Assembly: GCA_010405405.1 (NCBI GenBank)
Contig: MU004233.1
Coordinates: 437,067 to 501,066 of the forward strand
Length of the DNA stretch: 64,000 nucleotides
Source of the DNA: Microthyrium microscopicum
Taxonomy: Eukaryota
Direction of reading: 5' to 3'
Shown here: positions 20,940-35,992 of the stretch, one piece after another
Numbering within the stretch: position 1 is the first letter of the stretch
Layout: each line of letters opens with the position of its first letter
The notes under the pieces: model-generated
What the model saw: only the letters and a program-made list of their open reading frames with translations
Databases searched by the model: none
Told to the model about the DNA's origin: nothing
Position numbers and translations under genes: made by a program

Positions 20940-23900
20940 ATGGTTTTTCCAAAGACCAATGCTAAGAGTAGTCATGCTGCTGCTGCTGGATCATCCTTTG
21001 GCGGTTTCGGTGGAGCATTCACAGCAGCCTCATCACCACTGTCCTACTTGGCCATCGTACCCGATATTTCACGAATTCAAGATCCAAACATAGTGGTGAT
21101 CTTCAAAAACCTCATCAAAAAGGACTCCATTACCAAGGCACGCGCTCTAGACGAATTGCACAAGCTCTTGACGGCAGAAAAACCTCCTAATATCGATGAA
21201 GCATTCCTGGACGTCTGGCTTGGATTGTTTCCTCGAACTTCTATCGAGGCTGACCGAAAGGTTCGATTACTGGCACATACTGTTCAGGGTCAAATAGCAG
21301 CCGCAGTAGGCACGAAGCTCGCAAAGCACATGAAGTCGTTGATTGGAGTTTGGCTACTGGGCCTGTACGACAATGACAAACAAGTGGCAAGTACTGCAAA
21401 GTCAGCTCTATCCTTGGTCTTCACAACACCGGATAAACGGCAACAACTTCGAAAGGTGTACCAGGATTCTATATTGGATCTTTGCCTTACTATCATTCAA
21501 ACAGAAACCCCGCAGACGTTGAGTGATGAAAAGACGACGAGCTCAGAAGAGTCCGAAGCGAAATATGCTCGCGTACTTGCTGCTGTTCTAGGTCTTCTTC
21601 CGGATGTCTTCAGAGCTGGTGATGCCAGCTTGAGATCCAAATGCATTTCGAAATATGAGGAGTTGCTTGGAGATAAGCAATTGTGGGCTCTAGCATCCGC
21701 GGATGATGCTTCAGTTCGCAGGGGAGCACATCGATTGTTAAGATCCACTTTGGATTATCTCGATCTAAAGCCAATGCTAGATACAAAGTCCCTCAGCTCT
21801 GCGTACCTGGAAAAGTCATTGGCATCCAACCAGACCGGGTCTGCTTCTGATTTCCTTGACACGATTACTGCTATTACTTCAGTCTATCCCACCATTTGGA
21901 CAGATGATTGGAAGGGTAAGAAGAGCCCAAGCTCGAGACTACGAAGTTTCCTTCGTAGTGGTACACAAGGATCGCAAGCAACATACTGGTCGAAGATCAC
22001 GGCTCTTCTGCAAGCTATTCCATCTTTGGCGTTTCCAACGTCTGTTGAGGACGTCGAGGCTTTGCTTGAGGCTTATCGCAAAGGCATCACGAAAAAAGAC
22101 GAACCTAAATCTTATCTACTACCGGGAGTGAATGGGCTATTACAAGCAATTCCCATCATTGCTAGCCAGTTGTCCCATGAAGACCACACTCTTGTGTTTG
22201 CCAGATATGTTTTGCCCTTAGCGCAATCATATCTACTACCGTCCCCAGAGTCACAATGGAGTCTTCCAGCAACAAGATCCACCGAAACTGTGGAAAAGAT
22301 GCTGCAGATTCCAGGGATGGCAAATATCTTGGCTGGTGAATGGACACAGATTACCGAGCAAGTGCTCGAGATGATGAAGCTATCTCTTCCTGAGCAATCG
22401 AAAGACTACAAAACCTCTCAAGATCGGATATCAGAGCTAGGCCAACGCTGGACCAATATCTCGGGATTCCTGTCAAAGTCGGCAGACGATAAAGCTTTAA
22501 TTCAAGCTTGCGTCAAGAAATATTTCTCTACCACTCTTGATCTGGTGAAAACACGACAGGGGAAGCCATATGGAGTAGCCGTCGCAATGGTGCACGTACT
22601 GCAATTAGAGACCTTGAAGGACAGTACGGAAATTTCAGACCTTTTGGACCACTTTTTGTTAAATGTCATGCCCGAGATATTTTTGTCCCCTTCCATCTCA
22701 TCCTTTGGACAGCTCCTTACCTTGTCCAAAGGTAATGATGTATTCGAAGAAAGCTGGAAATCGTGCCTTAAAACAACTTTTGCCGCAAGCGATCCCGCCA
22801 AACAACTCAACGGCTTCACCGAGCTGATGAAAACAGCACGAGGATCATCTCTGCAGGACAAGCTCTTGAGCTTGCCAGAAGTACACAAGTTCATTCAATC
22901 CCAACTTCAACATTCGCTTCAGAGTGATGCTAATTGGGATTTCCTTGCCGCAATTACGGCGCAGATCCAAGCAGAAGACCTTCAAATGGATATCCTTGGA
23001 ACAATGACATCCTCCTTGTCAATCTCTAATGAATCAACAAACCACGCTCTCCATGGATTCGAAATTCTGGGGCAACGAGACCCTGCGACACTGAAATCGT
23101 TCGCAGATACTACTGCCGGACAAGCTATGATGTCGTCTGTTCTTCGACTGACTGAAGACCATGATGAGACCATCTCAGAATCCGCCTCCAAGGTAAACTT
23201 AATAATTCATGGCCTTTCCGCAAGTCTTCCAAGTCAGCTGGCAGGGACGAAAACTCATACTCTCACCGAGGTCATTAAGGACGGGGTGGTAGAAGCGTCA
23301 ACGAAATCTGTATCAGTTCACACATTGGCTGCACAAGCAACTGCAATGATATCCGCCAAAGATCCTGCTACCATTCAGTCACTTCTACCGGATTTGGCTA
23401 TTTGGGAGAAAGAGTTGCAGAAGTTCTTAGCAGCACCTCCAGCGCTAGCTTTGAGAATAACACATTCGTCGGCAGGAGTTCTCCTCGTAGAACCATCTAC
23501 CTCTGTCACCCTTCAAGAAACGGATATTCCGCGAGATGTGGAAGGCCTTTCTATTCCACTTCGCATTGCCATGTATATCACAGAAATCATCAAAACTGCG
23601 GAGGACTTGGCAAATATACCTTCTGAGCTCGCCTCAAGGCTACTTCAACTTCTCACTGCGACCCGAATGCTAGCCAATGATAAATTGGGTTTTCTTGGAT
23701 GCAACAACATTTGGTCCTCCCAGAATGCGAGTCTGGAGGAAGACATTATTGATTTTGTGTCTAATAGCCAATTACTAATCTCTGGATGTATCGCTCAGTC
23801 TGGAGAGGGGTGGTCGGACGATGAGCCCTCTAGCAAATACTCTTTTGTTGGCGATGCTGCCAACCAGCTTTTTCAAAAGGCACAAGGCCTTTCCTCATCT

Positions 23901-25888
23901 TCATACTATTCCGCCATAGCGTATGCTCATCTCACGGCTGAATTGATTGAAGTCCATGGCCTATCACAAACCAAATCAGCGGCTCTGCCTACCGATCTCA
24001 CCAATCTACGGAAATCTAAGCAGGTCCTCCAAACCACGGCATTCATCAACACCCACTCTTCGTTCATTTCCAGTGTTCCAATAGCTAGTCGATGGTACAA
24101 TGAGTGTGTTGCCGACCTTACTGGCTTTGATTTCGCCGAGAAACCAGAAATTGGAATACAGAGACTTTGCTTACTTGATTTATTTCTGTCTAGCGAGGAC
24201 GAGGCATTCATATCAACTGCGGCTCATCAACGCCTCGTGTTTCTATTTAGAGACTTGGTATCAAGTCTTGAATCAACACTCGAGCTTTCAAAAGTGCAGA
24301 CGTTGATCCTGTCAATTATACGGCGACTCATTTCCCAGCTCTACACCGTGTATGGTGAATACTGGGAGTCTATAGTGGAACATCTGACGAGTCTTTGGCT
24401 GAAAACTAAAGATATTGGTGATAAGGATATTCATGATCCCACACTTAATGTGTTGTATGAATCCATACGTCTATATCAGACTCTGAAACAAGTCGCAACC
24501 ATCGAAGACTGCAACGATGATCTAATCGAAATACTTGCGGCACGCGAGAGCGATTGTCACAAGGGTCTCTTCAATCTCTTGATACTTGACCGGAGCGCAC
24601 CGGACGAGACAAATCAACCTCTTCGGATTGTGAACAACGCGATCGCTCGGCAAGCCTCCAAAATTTCACCTTCCTTGATACCCGAGGCTGAGAATATGTA
24701 TCATCTCATGAACTCGCCAAGTGAATCGATACAGCAAGCGGTGTTCGAGCTACTACACTCGCAGATACCAACAAAGCAAGAACAGGCTTCTCTGGATGCT
24801 GCGATCGAGCAACAGGTTATTCGACTGCCAGAGGAATTACTCTCCCTACTCATCATGGTCCCCAAAGTGTCTGATCTGGAAGGATTGAATTTGACTGTCC
24901 AGAACATTCCACTGAATGTTAAAGGCCATCTCCTTAACTGGATATTGGTCTTTGATCATTTCAAAAACGCCGTAAGTACATCTATGAAAACATTTGAACA
25001 TCTACTGACACTTTCAAGTCGCATCAACTTAGACTTATGTATGCAGACTCACTCAAAGAAGGCGACTATCTAGTCCCCCTTCTGGAGTTCGCCTTTGAAG
25101 TTCTTGGCCACACCAAAGGCTCCCCACCCAACATCAAATTCGACATTACCACCCTCCCCTTTTCTCCTGACTCTCCTCGTCAAGAACTTCAATGGTATCT
25201 TTGCCACCTCTACTACCTATCTCTTACCCACGTTTCTTCAATTGCCAAAGACTGGTGGGTAGACTGCCGCTCACGACTCACCAAAGCCACCGTCGAATCC
25301 TGGACCGCCAAATCTATCTCTCCCTCAGTCATTGCAGCCTCACTCGTCGATGTACGCACCTGGTCCGCCGCCCAAGAAACAAATCCCATCGACGATGATG
25401 CCAAACCACTCACCATCCGCATCAACGCCTCCGCTGCAGAAGTCACTGCGTCCTATGAACTCAACGCCGATGAAGAAGACAGCCGGTCCTGCTCCATCCT
25501 GGTCTCCCTGCCGCCTTCCTTCCCGCTCGCGCAAGCCGCAGTCTCATCACTCTCACATAAAACAACATTTGAGGAGCGACGATGGCGCAGCTGGCTACGG
25601 ATCACGCAAGGCGTTATCGCGTTTAGCAACAATAGTATCGTAGATGGACTGCTTGCATGGCGACGAAATGTGGCTGGTGCAATGGCTGGCAAGAGCGAGT
25701 GCACGATTTGCTATAGTGTTGTCAGTGAGGATGGCAAGTTGCCGAGCAAGCGATGTAAGACGTGCAAGAATAGCTTCCATATGCTGTGTTTGAGCAAGTG
25801 GTTCGCGAATAGTGGCGAGCGAAAATGTCCGTTATGTCGGCAGGAGTTTACTGGCTTGGGACGGGGTACGCGAGGGGATAGGGATTAA
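20940..25888 (+). CDS. LTN1: E3 ubiquitin ligase listerin (Ltn1/Rkr1), one intron near 24972-25018
   Basis: N-terminal FKNLIKKDSITKARAL, a long HEAT-like body, an RWD-like region (LPPSFPL...RWRSWL) and a C-terminal RING ECTICYSVV...KRCKTCKNSFHMLCLSKWF...CPLCR. Confidence 0.95.
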
Positions 25889-26950
25889 GGTCGTTGTACC
25901 TATCTTGTTGGATTCAAAAGGGGTTTTTATGCTGAAATTGTTGATTCAGGTGGATTCAACATAGTGATATCGTTTTTATAGCAAAATTCAGCGCGGGTAT
26001 TGCTACTGCTTGGGCCACTTGTTGCGAGGATATCGCGATATGGCTGCTGGAAAATGTAAAACTATACTTCAATGCTTCCCTTTTTCCGGCAGCGTGGTTG
26101 CAAACTCTCCATGTCCCGACTGGACGGATGGTGAAGTTAACGGGCAAAACGAAGCGCTTGCCACGTTTTGTCGCGCTCGTGGACATGAATCATAGAGATC
26201 TTGGGTATCGTAAGATCGGTTCTCATGCATGCTCATTCTGCTACCATCTTGGGACCGTGGACTTGAATAGACCCCATTTATGGACCTGGGTTGCTACGCA
26301 GGTGTGCTTGTGACAACCCGTTTGCACAGCATTTGCCGTGAATAATTCCCCATTTTTGCCGTTATCGAGGGCCGGCAAGCTGGAAGCCAAAAGAGACAGC
26401 TCAGAGAGAAAAAACTACCTCTCGTCGGCCTCGAGTTTCAGGAGCAAGTCGCTAAGAAAAAGGAATGGTATGGGAGTCTTGAATCTCCCCTAAAAGCTGA
26501 GTGCTCCCGGACTTGGCTGACTCCTGGTCCAGCACACAAGCCAGTCCCAACTACACTCAAGAAGAATGGACAACCTTTAAGTGGAAGTTTGAAGGTGGCC
26601 GTCGCTGTCACTGGATGGAAAAACATTCCATAGCCATCTGATTTGATGGATCAACTTCCCTACGTGTCATACTTTCTTCTCTATTTTTAGTTTACCATCA
26701 ATGTAATGAGGTCATAAATAGAATAGACGAAAAGGTACGCATTCCGTTCTTGACATATCGCATGCTTTATTGCGCTTGTTTCCCTAAGCCTTCATCTTTT
26801 TAGCTTTTAATATCCTCAATTCATTGTGTGCCTGCCCAACCAGCTTGGCTCCTATTCCGCGGATGGCTTATACAGATAGCACGCCCATATTTGTCTTCAT
26901 ATACAGCTTCTCACATTGGGACTTGTGGTCGCAGAATCTCTTCAAATGCC

Positions 26951-28570
26951 ATGAACAAAATGTCGCAAACGCCCCAGGTTGTTGCTGATCCACCACCAGG
27001 CCGAATGACGAACTTGGTAGATCCTGAATCTAAAGTCTACTTGGCCAGCATCTCATGCGCTGTTTGCGTGGTTATTTCGGTAATTGCTTTCGGTTTGCGC
27101 ATGTATACACGGGCAAGACTTGCGAGACGTTTTGGAGCAGATGACAGTTAGTGTTACCCACCGCTACCATGTCTATGATTACCAACAGAAGCTTATTGAA
27201 TTTTAGTTCTTCTATGTATAGCATATGTGATTCACCAATTTGGTCCAGTCATTATTGCGAGTTCGCTAAATCCATCTAGCTTTTCGTTCTGGCCAACACT
27301 GCTGGCATGCGATATCGTGAGTTTGAATACTCAGACTTACTTCATAACGATGTTGCTGATACAGCCCAGAAGTGCAAGTTCTTGGCGGAAAACATGCCTG
27401 GAACACGTTGGTCTCCGAGTACTATCCAGCTGTACCACGGGTATAGTAATCGAGCCTCTCAATCGGATCGCTTTTACAGCTGACGTGAATCTATAGCTGT
27501 CACTGATCAATTCAATCATATACTGGGCTGGAATGTGTTTCATCAAGCTGTCTCTCTTATACCTCTATCGCAGAATCTTCGGAAAGACCGGCTCTCCTTG
27601 TTGGAAGATATGCTGGTGGACATTATTCGTCATTGTTGTCGGTTATAGCATCTGCGGCAGCTTAGCAAAGTTATTCTCCTGTATACCAATCTCCAAGGCC
27701 TGGGAGTTTTCTCCTGATACGACCAACTGTATCAACTTGCCGGCTCTTTGGGTCACGACAGGAGTGATGCACATCGTCACTGATATAGCCATCCTCGTCT
27801 TGCCAATTCCGATAGTGTTGCGAACGCGTATGAACGTGCGGCAGAAAATCACTGTGTTAGTACTCTTTGGAACGGGTTTCTTGTGAGTTGTTGTATATAC
27901 ACGCCTGGCATATTTACTGAGCTTGAGCAGCACTTGCGCAACGAGTATTGTTCGATTGTGGAAACTAATGGGCTTGCTGAAACCGCACGACCTGACCAGA
28001 CAATTCCTAGCAACGACGATATGGACGTAAGTTTCTATATCAATTGGAGCTAGCATCTGCTGATACTTCACTAGGATCGCTGAAGAACACATGTCGATTG
28101 TCTGTGTCTCAGTGATAGCGCTAGCACCATTTGTTAACCGATGTCTCACCTATTTTGGCTTCAAGCAGTCGTCATCTAAAGATATCAGGCACGAACCTGT
28201 TAACACAAACAGCTGTAGCGGATTAGCACAGGTTTACGCTTCGTGGGGCACAAATCCGTCAACTTTTCACTCTAGCACAACCGTTCGTAAACCCCAAAGA
28301 GGCGATATTGAAGCGTGTTTGGCCAAAGAAACTTCCCTCAATGATGCTCATTCCCGATGGTATCAGAGGGAAAGTGAGATATATGGCAAAACGGTGGTAG
28401 GCTGTGAAGGACCTAGCCCAGGAAGTGCGGAGCGAATCGCTTCGGCGGAAATCGAAAGAGACACTGCGCCTGGTACGCCTACTACCATACAGGCTAAAAC
28501 TACTATTCAAGTGTCATATGACAATAAGGCGCGGCAGCCGGTTCGACCGAGAAGCCAGACGTTTGGATGA
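26951..28570 (+). CDS. PTH11-like integral membrane protein (rhodopsin-domain GPCR-like, no CFEM seen), spliced
   Basis: PPPG..NLVDP, LRMYTR...FGADD, FIKLSLLYLYRRIF, C.PISKAW, HIVTDIAILVLPIP, AEEHMSIVC; long cytoplasmic tail. Confidence 0.85.
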
Positions 28571-28762
28571 CTTTAAAGAAGAAATGTTTGCTGTCGTCAA
28601 TGAGACCTTATGCGAGAGACATCCATGCATCTTCAATTGTGAACTCACAGACTGAATGAGTGATTGTAAATCTGTCATGACTAGTTTCTGGAGTCTTCTA
28701 AGAGGAGAATCTTGACCAGCAAGTCCTCTTGCTAGTCTGAGCGTCCCTGGCAGGCTCATGCC

Positions 28763-31700
28763 TTATGTTAGAATTACTTCTGGGCTACCAACTCGCTCAA
28801 TTGTCCCGTTCTTAAGCAAGACGGCCTTATCTGCTCGTTTGATTGCATCTGCTTGGTGAGCAATTGTGATGACTGTACTATCACTGAACTCCGTTGCGAT
28901 CAGATTTTGAACCAAATTCGCCGTGTTTTCGTCTAGGCTGCTCGTGGCTTCATCTACGAGAATGAGCTTTGTCTTCTGAGCATTATGTTGGAGAACTGCT
29001 CGAGCAATGGAAAGTAGCTGTAGCTCTCCCGTTGAGAAGCTGCTGATATGAAATTCGGACTCAAGTCCTCCTAGAGACACGACTTTTCCGTGCAGGTGTA
29101 TCTTAGTCAGGATTGCTTGAACATCGGGATCTGTACATTGCTGAAAAGGATCCAGATTCAAACGTATCGTTCCAGGTAGGTGGACGAAGTCTTGGGTAAT
29201 GGATACGATGCGGCGACGGAGCGTGCAGAGTTCCACGCGTGAGGTGTCAATTGAGTCTATTTTGATCTCTCCGTTCATAGAGGGAAGCATTCGTAGCAAA
29301 GCTCCGAAGAGCGTCGATTTTCCACTTCCGGTGCGACCGCACAAGGCCACATGGTCTTTCTGATGAATGTCCAGGTTGATGTTGCGAAGGGCTAGGGATT
29401 GGGTTTCCATCCTAACACGATTAGAATCGTATATATGCGTGATTCATAACACAGATAGAACTTACCCGTAGGAAGCATTGAGGTTTTCTATGCTCACCTG
29501 ACCTTGAAATGGCCAGGAACTAGGAGGATACAAACAGTCGCCGTGGGGATCCTGCTCCGGTTTTACATCAATCTGAAGCTGACGAAGCCTAGCGATCGCT
29601 CCAAGGCAAGTCTCGAGATTTGTCCAGCCAGTTGTAAGTTGGGCAAGGCTTTGATTGAATGCTAGAGCGGTGTCAGAATTGTCCCATCACCTAAGCCTAC
29701 CGCCCTACTTACCAAGAACCGCGTTCAATGAGACGCCCAGTAAGCCAGGACTGGTAGAATATCGAAAATTCATAGCCAATGCCACCACAATACCAGCTAA
29801 TGAAGCTACAATAAGATCCAAAGCGAGCGAGAGCCATCGCTCGATACAAAACATGAGATAGTATGGTTTTTGTGAATAGTCGAGTCTTCTTTCGTGTTCC
29901 TGTTTCTCCTTGGACTGCCAGCCGAACGCTCGGACCGTTTCCATACCTTCCAGAGTTTCCAAGAAGTGGGCATATAGAGGTGATCGAGATTCCAATTCTA
30001 GTAGACGAAGCTGCCGGGACGTTTGTAGATAGAAGTGCTGTAAGAGATACATCAACAGAAACAGGATTGGGATTGTGGCCGCCATGTAATATGATCCAGT
30101 TGCAATCAATGCTGCTTCGCCAACAGCAGCGAGAAAGTCTAGAGCAACGTCAGAATGGGCTTTTTGCATATCACATGATTGTTGAGTTCATATTGACATA
30201 CTGGTGACTGTTTGAAGGAGACCAGTTGACAGTGGTCCTTGTATCATGCTCATATCTTGGCTGAATCTGTTGAGAATAGTGCCGGTCTCCGTGTTAGTGA
30301 AGAATGACATCGGTGCCCTGTTGAATATCAAATCTTGCGCTTTTGTTGAATTTGCAGCAGAAGAACTCACTTGAAAACAATATCAAGCAGGCTTTTATGC
30401 AAGTTTCGTCCTGTTGATGGAGCAATAACCACTGCAATGGCCCTATTATATTGTCAGATAATATATCAAAAAGCTTGCATACAGCTTACCAAGCATAACC
30501 TCCAATGCCTAATGCAACACCAATGGAGAGCAGAAAATATATGAGAGCATACGTTGCAGCCTGTTGACCGTGTATATCCGACCACCATTTGAGCCAAATA
30601 CCTGGAATTATTCGTTAGTCCACCCGACGGCGCTTAGTCCCATAGCAGATGACTTACTGCTGAAAGTATTGGAAAACGCCGTGAGAGATGCGAAAAAGAC
30701 GAATACTGCCAGTCGTCTAGGACCTATGACTCTTAGGTAGTAGGAGTAAACTGCCACGTCTCCCATCTTTCGATCGAGATCTTTGACTTCTTCAATGCTT
30801 GGACCCTCAAAGTCGGTCATCGCATCCAGTTTTCCCGATCCCATATCCGAGTGGTGATCATGTTCCTGAAGTAACGTGCTCTGAAGCTCTCGCGGTTTAA
30901 GGACCCCAATCGTGGTAAGTGCAGTGTACTTTCCTTGCACCACTTTGCCCTGCAGACGAGTCGATAGATACGCAATATTGTCCGCCTGACGAAGTAGTTC
31001 AACTGCTTTGTTAGCATCTGCTGATGAAAAAGAAGCTCGAGCCAGAAATTCTCACCATCATAAGTGACTATAACAACGGTAGCGTTGATACGTTTGAACA
31101 AACCATTACGACCGAAGAGACTTCCTGACACTTCCTTTTGTGTTTCAGCGTCCAGTGAGCTGAAAGTATTATCCAGCAGAAAGAGCCGACTCCGTTGATA
31201 CAAAGCTCTAGCTAGTGCAATGCGTTGTTTCTGTCCCCCACTCAATTTTCCACCTCTGCTTCCCACAACAGTGGCATCGGCGAGGGGAAAGCTAAGGATG
31301 TCCTGCGATAAGGAGCAAGCTTCAAGCACTGTGAGATACCACTCCTCATCTACGGGTTCCTTGGTACCAGAAAAGCAGCCACAGACAATTTCTTTGACTG
31401 TGCCCCTTGGAATCCATGGGTTCTGCGCACAGTATGCGATACTATTCACCGAAGGAGATCGATCAATGAAACCCTGGGTACATTCGATCTCTCCGAGAAG
31501 AGCCTTTAGTAGGGTCGACTTTCCTGAGCCAACAGGACCAGTTACGCAAAGCAAGGATCCTTCTTTGATCGACAAGTTTAGCCCCTTCAAAAGATTCTGC
31601 CCAGATGGCAAGCTAACGTCAACATGCTTGGCTGCTATGGCAAACCGGCTGGATCTACTAGCAGTTTGTTCGCTTCCGGAAATTCCATGCCCATTAGGCA

Positions 31701-33744
31701 ATGGGGTGTCATTGATGTGATCGTCTTCATTATCTCGATACGGGCCGAAATCTTCATTCCTTAGGGACGGCATCTTAGGTTTCAGAAGAAATGACTGTAT
31801 ACGATCCAAGGATCCCAGACTTGCGGCAACACGCGGCGCCGCACTCAATAATCGTGCTGCTGGATATGCAACAAGGTGGATCAAAGCAAGACTGGTAAAT
31901 GCTCGAACCGTGTCCAAGGAGCCAGATCCACGGATCCACGACTGAAGCATGTACACAGCAAACGTGGCAGCAGGAGCCATGGCAGATGGTATATTTGCTT
32001 TATTGAGTTAGAAAACAAGGGCGGTATTTGTTCCTGTGGGATATGTGCTTACCAACAACGTTTACCCATACCATGATCCAACAGAATCGCTCTTGCTTTT
32101 TGGTTTCGTATATACGTTCATCTTGCAACAGTGAGATGACCTTGTCGTCCAGTCCCATCATCTTGATGCCCTTGATTTCTCCCAAGACGGACTTGGTTTT
32201 TGAAATGCGGCTTTCTGTTGCTGCGGCCCATTCTGCACGGCGTGTTCCGATCAATCTGGTGACTATTGATGAGCCATAGGATGAAACTAGAAAACGTAAG
32301 TGACAAACGGTGTACTCTTTTCATAATTGACCTACTTATAACAACGAGGAATGGGACAAATGCTACCCAGCCGAGCTGTTGAACAAGGAGTGGTACTCCA
32401 ACAAACAGCTCAATGGAGCGTGCCCATACCTCATTCAACTCCTCGAGACATTCCGATATGTGATCTACATCGTTGCTCATCAAAGAAATAGCCGCGGCGT
32501 TTTCGATATCTGCTTGAGGAAGTTGCATACTATGATCGTAGATGAGCGATACGGTAGCCCCTCGAAACATGGCGATGAATCGAAAAAGCAGATGATTGCT
32601 GTGTAGTGTTGTAAACTGAGATCAAAGTCAGTGTCCAGACCAAACTCGAAGGCACTTCAAAGCTTACTGCGATGCCAAGATATACCAATACAGTTGCTGC
32701 GATCAGTTGATACCCATACTGCCTAGACTCTCGCGTGTCAGGCTCGTAGAGAATACCAATAACTCTTGATATGAGAAGTGGCTGAGCAAAAGTGAAGGCT
32801 ATGAGGCACAAGCGAGGAATGATGATAGATAACAGTTCCATTTTGAAGCATCGAAAGACCGACATAGCATACGATAATCGGCCTTCTGGTTTGGCTATGT
32901 GAGTTATCAGTTTCTAGATCAGTGCTAGTGTAGTCTTGGGAACGGAGAACATACACCGTTTTGACCAGGATTTCTTGATTCGATGGCTCAAATCACCTCG
33001 TTTGAGACTCTCATCCAGTTCATACGTATCATCTGGAGTCAGTCTTCGTTGTGTGGCTTTCAGCAGCAGGTCCTTCAGCCACCAGAAGAGCGACCTATTG
33101 ATGAGACCACTAAATTCCTCTGGGCATACATCCCGATATTTCTGTACAAAGTATTTTCTTTTCGACCGATTCTCGACGATGAGAAGAGCGACTTTCAAGG
33201 CAACACCAGGAATAAGAATTGCGGACGTCTCTGCGAAGTCATGGCTAGTTGAAACCCACGAGGCGAACACGTCGATGAGCACGCTGGCGACCAGATATAA
33301 AGTCAGAGTCGAGGATGGTCTCAACTCTCTTTCATCCTCCAAGTATGATAATGGCAAAATTGCTAGAGATGCCACAAGATTCAGCACTGCAATCGTAATC
33401 GACATAGACCTGTAGTGGTGAGGAATGGTTTGTACCATTATATATGCATTGAATATCACGAATATCGTCGCGAAAGCCTGTTACTTGATTTAGTTCTTTC
33501 ATCTCATATCATCGCCAAGACTAACCAGCTTGACGTATCGATTAGGATGGCGTCGAACTTTCGGGGACGACATCCATAAAGAGTAGAGCAGCCACGGTGT
33601 GGCTAAAAGAAGCAGAAGCGATGCTAGACCAAACAGAGAGTCTATCGTGTCCAGATGTTGAGAAACATTTCGTTGTAGCCGCTCAAATTGAAGTTCACCT
33701 GCTCGAAGGGTTTCGTGTCCCTTGAGAACAACTTGGATGGACAT
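28763..33744 (-). CDS. ABCC/MRP-type ABC transporter (multi-exon; start approximate)
   Basis: PEEFSGLINRSLFWWL; NBD1 GPVGSGKSTLL and LSGGQKQRIALARA; ILNRFSQDM; SRQLRLLELESRSPLY; NBD2 GRTGSGKS, FSTGELQLLSIARA, VDEATSSLD. Confidence 0.92.
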
Positions 33745-34498
33745 TGTCTTGAGCTTCGCGTTCGCTCTGGGTCGGGGTTTGCAATCTCAACTTCTGATGG
33801 AACAGTTCTTGACAGCAGCTTAGTTCAGAAGGCCGGGTTCCTCTTCTCTGAACGAGATGAGAATCACAAAGTACTGTTCGATGAAGATGGAGGGAATTGG
33901 ATGACATGGGGTCAAGCGCAGACTTCTTCACTTGATTGAGCTGAATCCTTCGCTGAAAATGTCTTCATTGGCCAGTATGTCTATCGTTCGCGTTCTACGT
34001 GTACCTATTGCTGGCTTTTATACAAAAGATTGTTATGTACGCAATACGTTGATACATATTCTAATGCAAGAAAGTCTCAGGCGCGTATCGCAACCACTAG
34101 TAGTTAGGAGGTGAGCTTGCTTGGTTGTGTCCGAGCGGTGTCCCAATCGAGAAGTATGCTAGGCTATAGAGTACTGTTCTGTAGAGCTTGAGCGAGCTTG
34201 ATCTTGAATATACCGAGGCGATACTGAATTCGATAGGGCTGAGTACAGTAGTGGTAGGTATTGGGAGCCAAACAGGGAGGGCGTGGTGGTGATAGATTGA
34301 AGTCAGGTACGACATGCGGCTCAATGCCGATCTCGGCCGATTATTTCCGATCTACAAATTTCAACAACTTTGCGCTGAGCTTCGTTGCGGCATATCATGA
34401 TCATGAGAGCCTTGATTCATAATTCTTTTGCGTATACATTTATTCAAGCCCGATGATGTATCTTGATATACGCTCCTCCTAGCCGTGCCACCTCCACG

Positions 34499-35370
34499 AT
34501 GATCGCGCGAAGCCACGCTGGCAATGTCCTTCGGCGACAATTCCTTACCTCGCGACCCATTTTCCGTCAGCGACGTTTCAATACCACTCAATCAAAGAAA
34601 GAAGCAGACACGAGCACTGTTAAATCTCCGCGATCGATCGAAACGTCATTGAATGGATCTACAGGATCCTTCTCCAGCGCGGAGCCTGCTGCCCAGTCCG
34701 CACCGAATACAATACCAGGGCCAGCGTTTTTCTGGGTAGACTCACTGAGCGCGCCATTACGAGCGTATACTCGAGCACACAAGAAACATCCTTATCTGGT
34801 TCAGTTTGGTACTACGCTCATAATATACCTGGTCGGTGATATATCCGCCCAGAGGATCAACCGGACGAGCCCCGAGGACAAACATGACCCCATGCGAACC
34901 GTTCGATCGTTGATAATCGGTGGGCTTGCTGCAGTTCCAGGGTACAGGTGGTTCCTGTTTCTGGGGAATATCTTCAACTACCCGTCTAAGATCCTGTCGA
35001 TTGCTATCAAAGTGGTCATCAACCAAATCATCTTTACGCCCATATTCAACTCGTATTTCTTCGGAATGCAGTCTGCGCTGGCCGGTGGAAGTCTATCAGA
35101 TATCGCTATTCGCATAAGAGATACAGTTCCCACAAGTTGGGTGAATTCTTTGAAGCTATGGCCCGCTGTCATAGCATTCAATTTTGCATTTGTACCATTA
35201 CATTTTCGCAGCATTTTCGCAGGTGGGTGATAAGTCTTTGGTGAGGCCACCTATATAGAGACTAACATGATCATATAGGAGTCATTGCCATCGGGTGGCA
35301 AACATATCTTTCATTTTTAAACCAGAAAGCTGCAGCGAAGGAAAAGCTGCAGCAGGCTCTGTCACAATAG
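34499..35370 (+). CDS. Mpv17/PMP22 family membrane protein (Sym1-like) with mitochondrial-type presequence
   Basis: GDISAQ, RTVRSL, KVVINQIIFTP, SLKLWPAV..FNF.FVP; last exon VIAIGWQTYLSFLN. Confidence 0.9.
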
Positions 35371-35992
35371 ATTCACAAAGCGACTTTAGATTATTGCATA
35401 GAATGGATGCTTACGACGCTTCCAACATAGAGATACCCATCAATCAAATGAAAACCGAACATCTACAGTAATTTTTGAATGAATGTGGTACACGATAAAG
35501 TTAGCAGCTTAGAGGCGCCTGATTGAGCATCAGGAAACGAAATCGATCTGAACATTTCATCTGGCATTATTTGTCCGACAGCTCAGACATCAAAACACCA
35601 ATGTTTTACTTGAAGTCTGGAATATTTTTGGGAAGAATTGCTCAACCAAATCTGTGAAGTACACTTTTTTCGGTTGGTCCAAATGTGCATTTTTTTTTCG
35701 ATTTGGTCCTGAAAATCATTTGGCCAAAACAACCTTGACAGCTTTAGGTCAACTTCACCGACAACTTCGCCGAACTTCACCGATGCTGCAACTCCTTCAT
35801 CCTTCATCCAAACTATCAACTTTTGATTACCAGAACACATGTTTCGAACTCGCTCTCCATACATTCAACACTCAGTGGATCACATTTTCGAAGTCCAATC
35901 GCCGCGTCTGCACCCGCTACAGATATCACTGCTCGAGAAGCGAATGCCAAAATTGAAGCCAACTCTTAAGTCCAGGTTCCGTTCATCGAGTG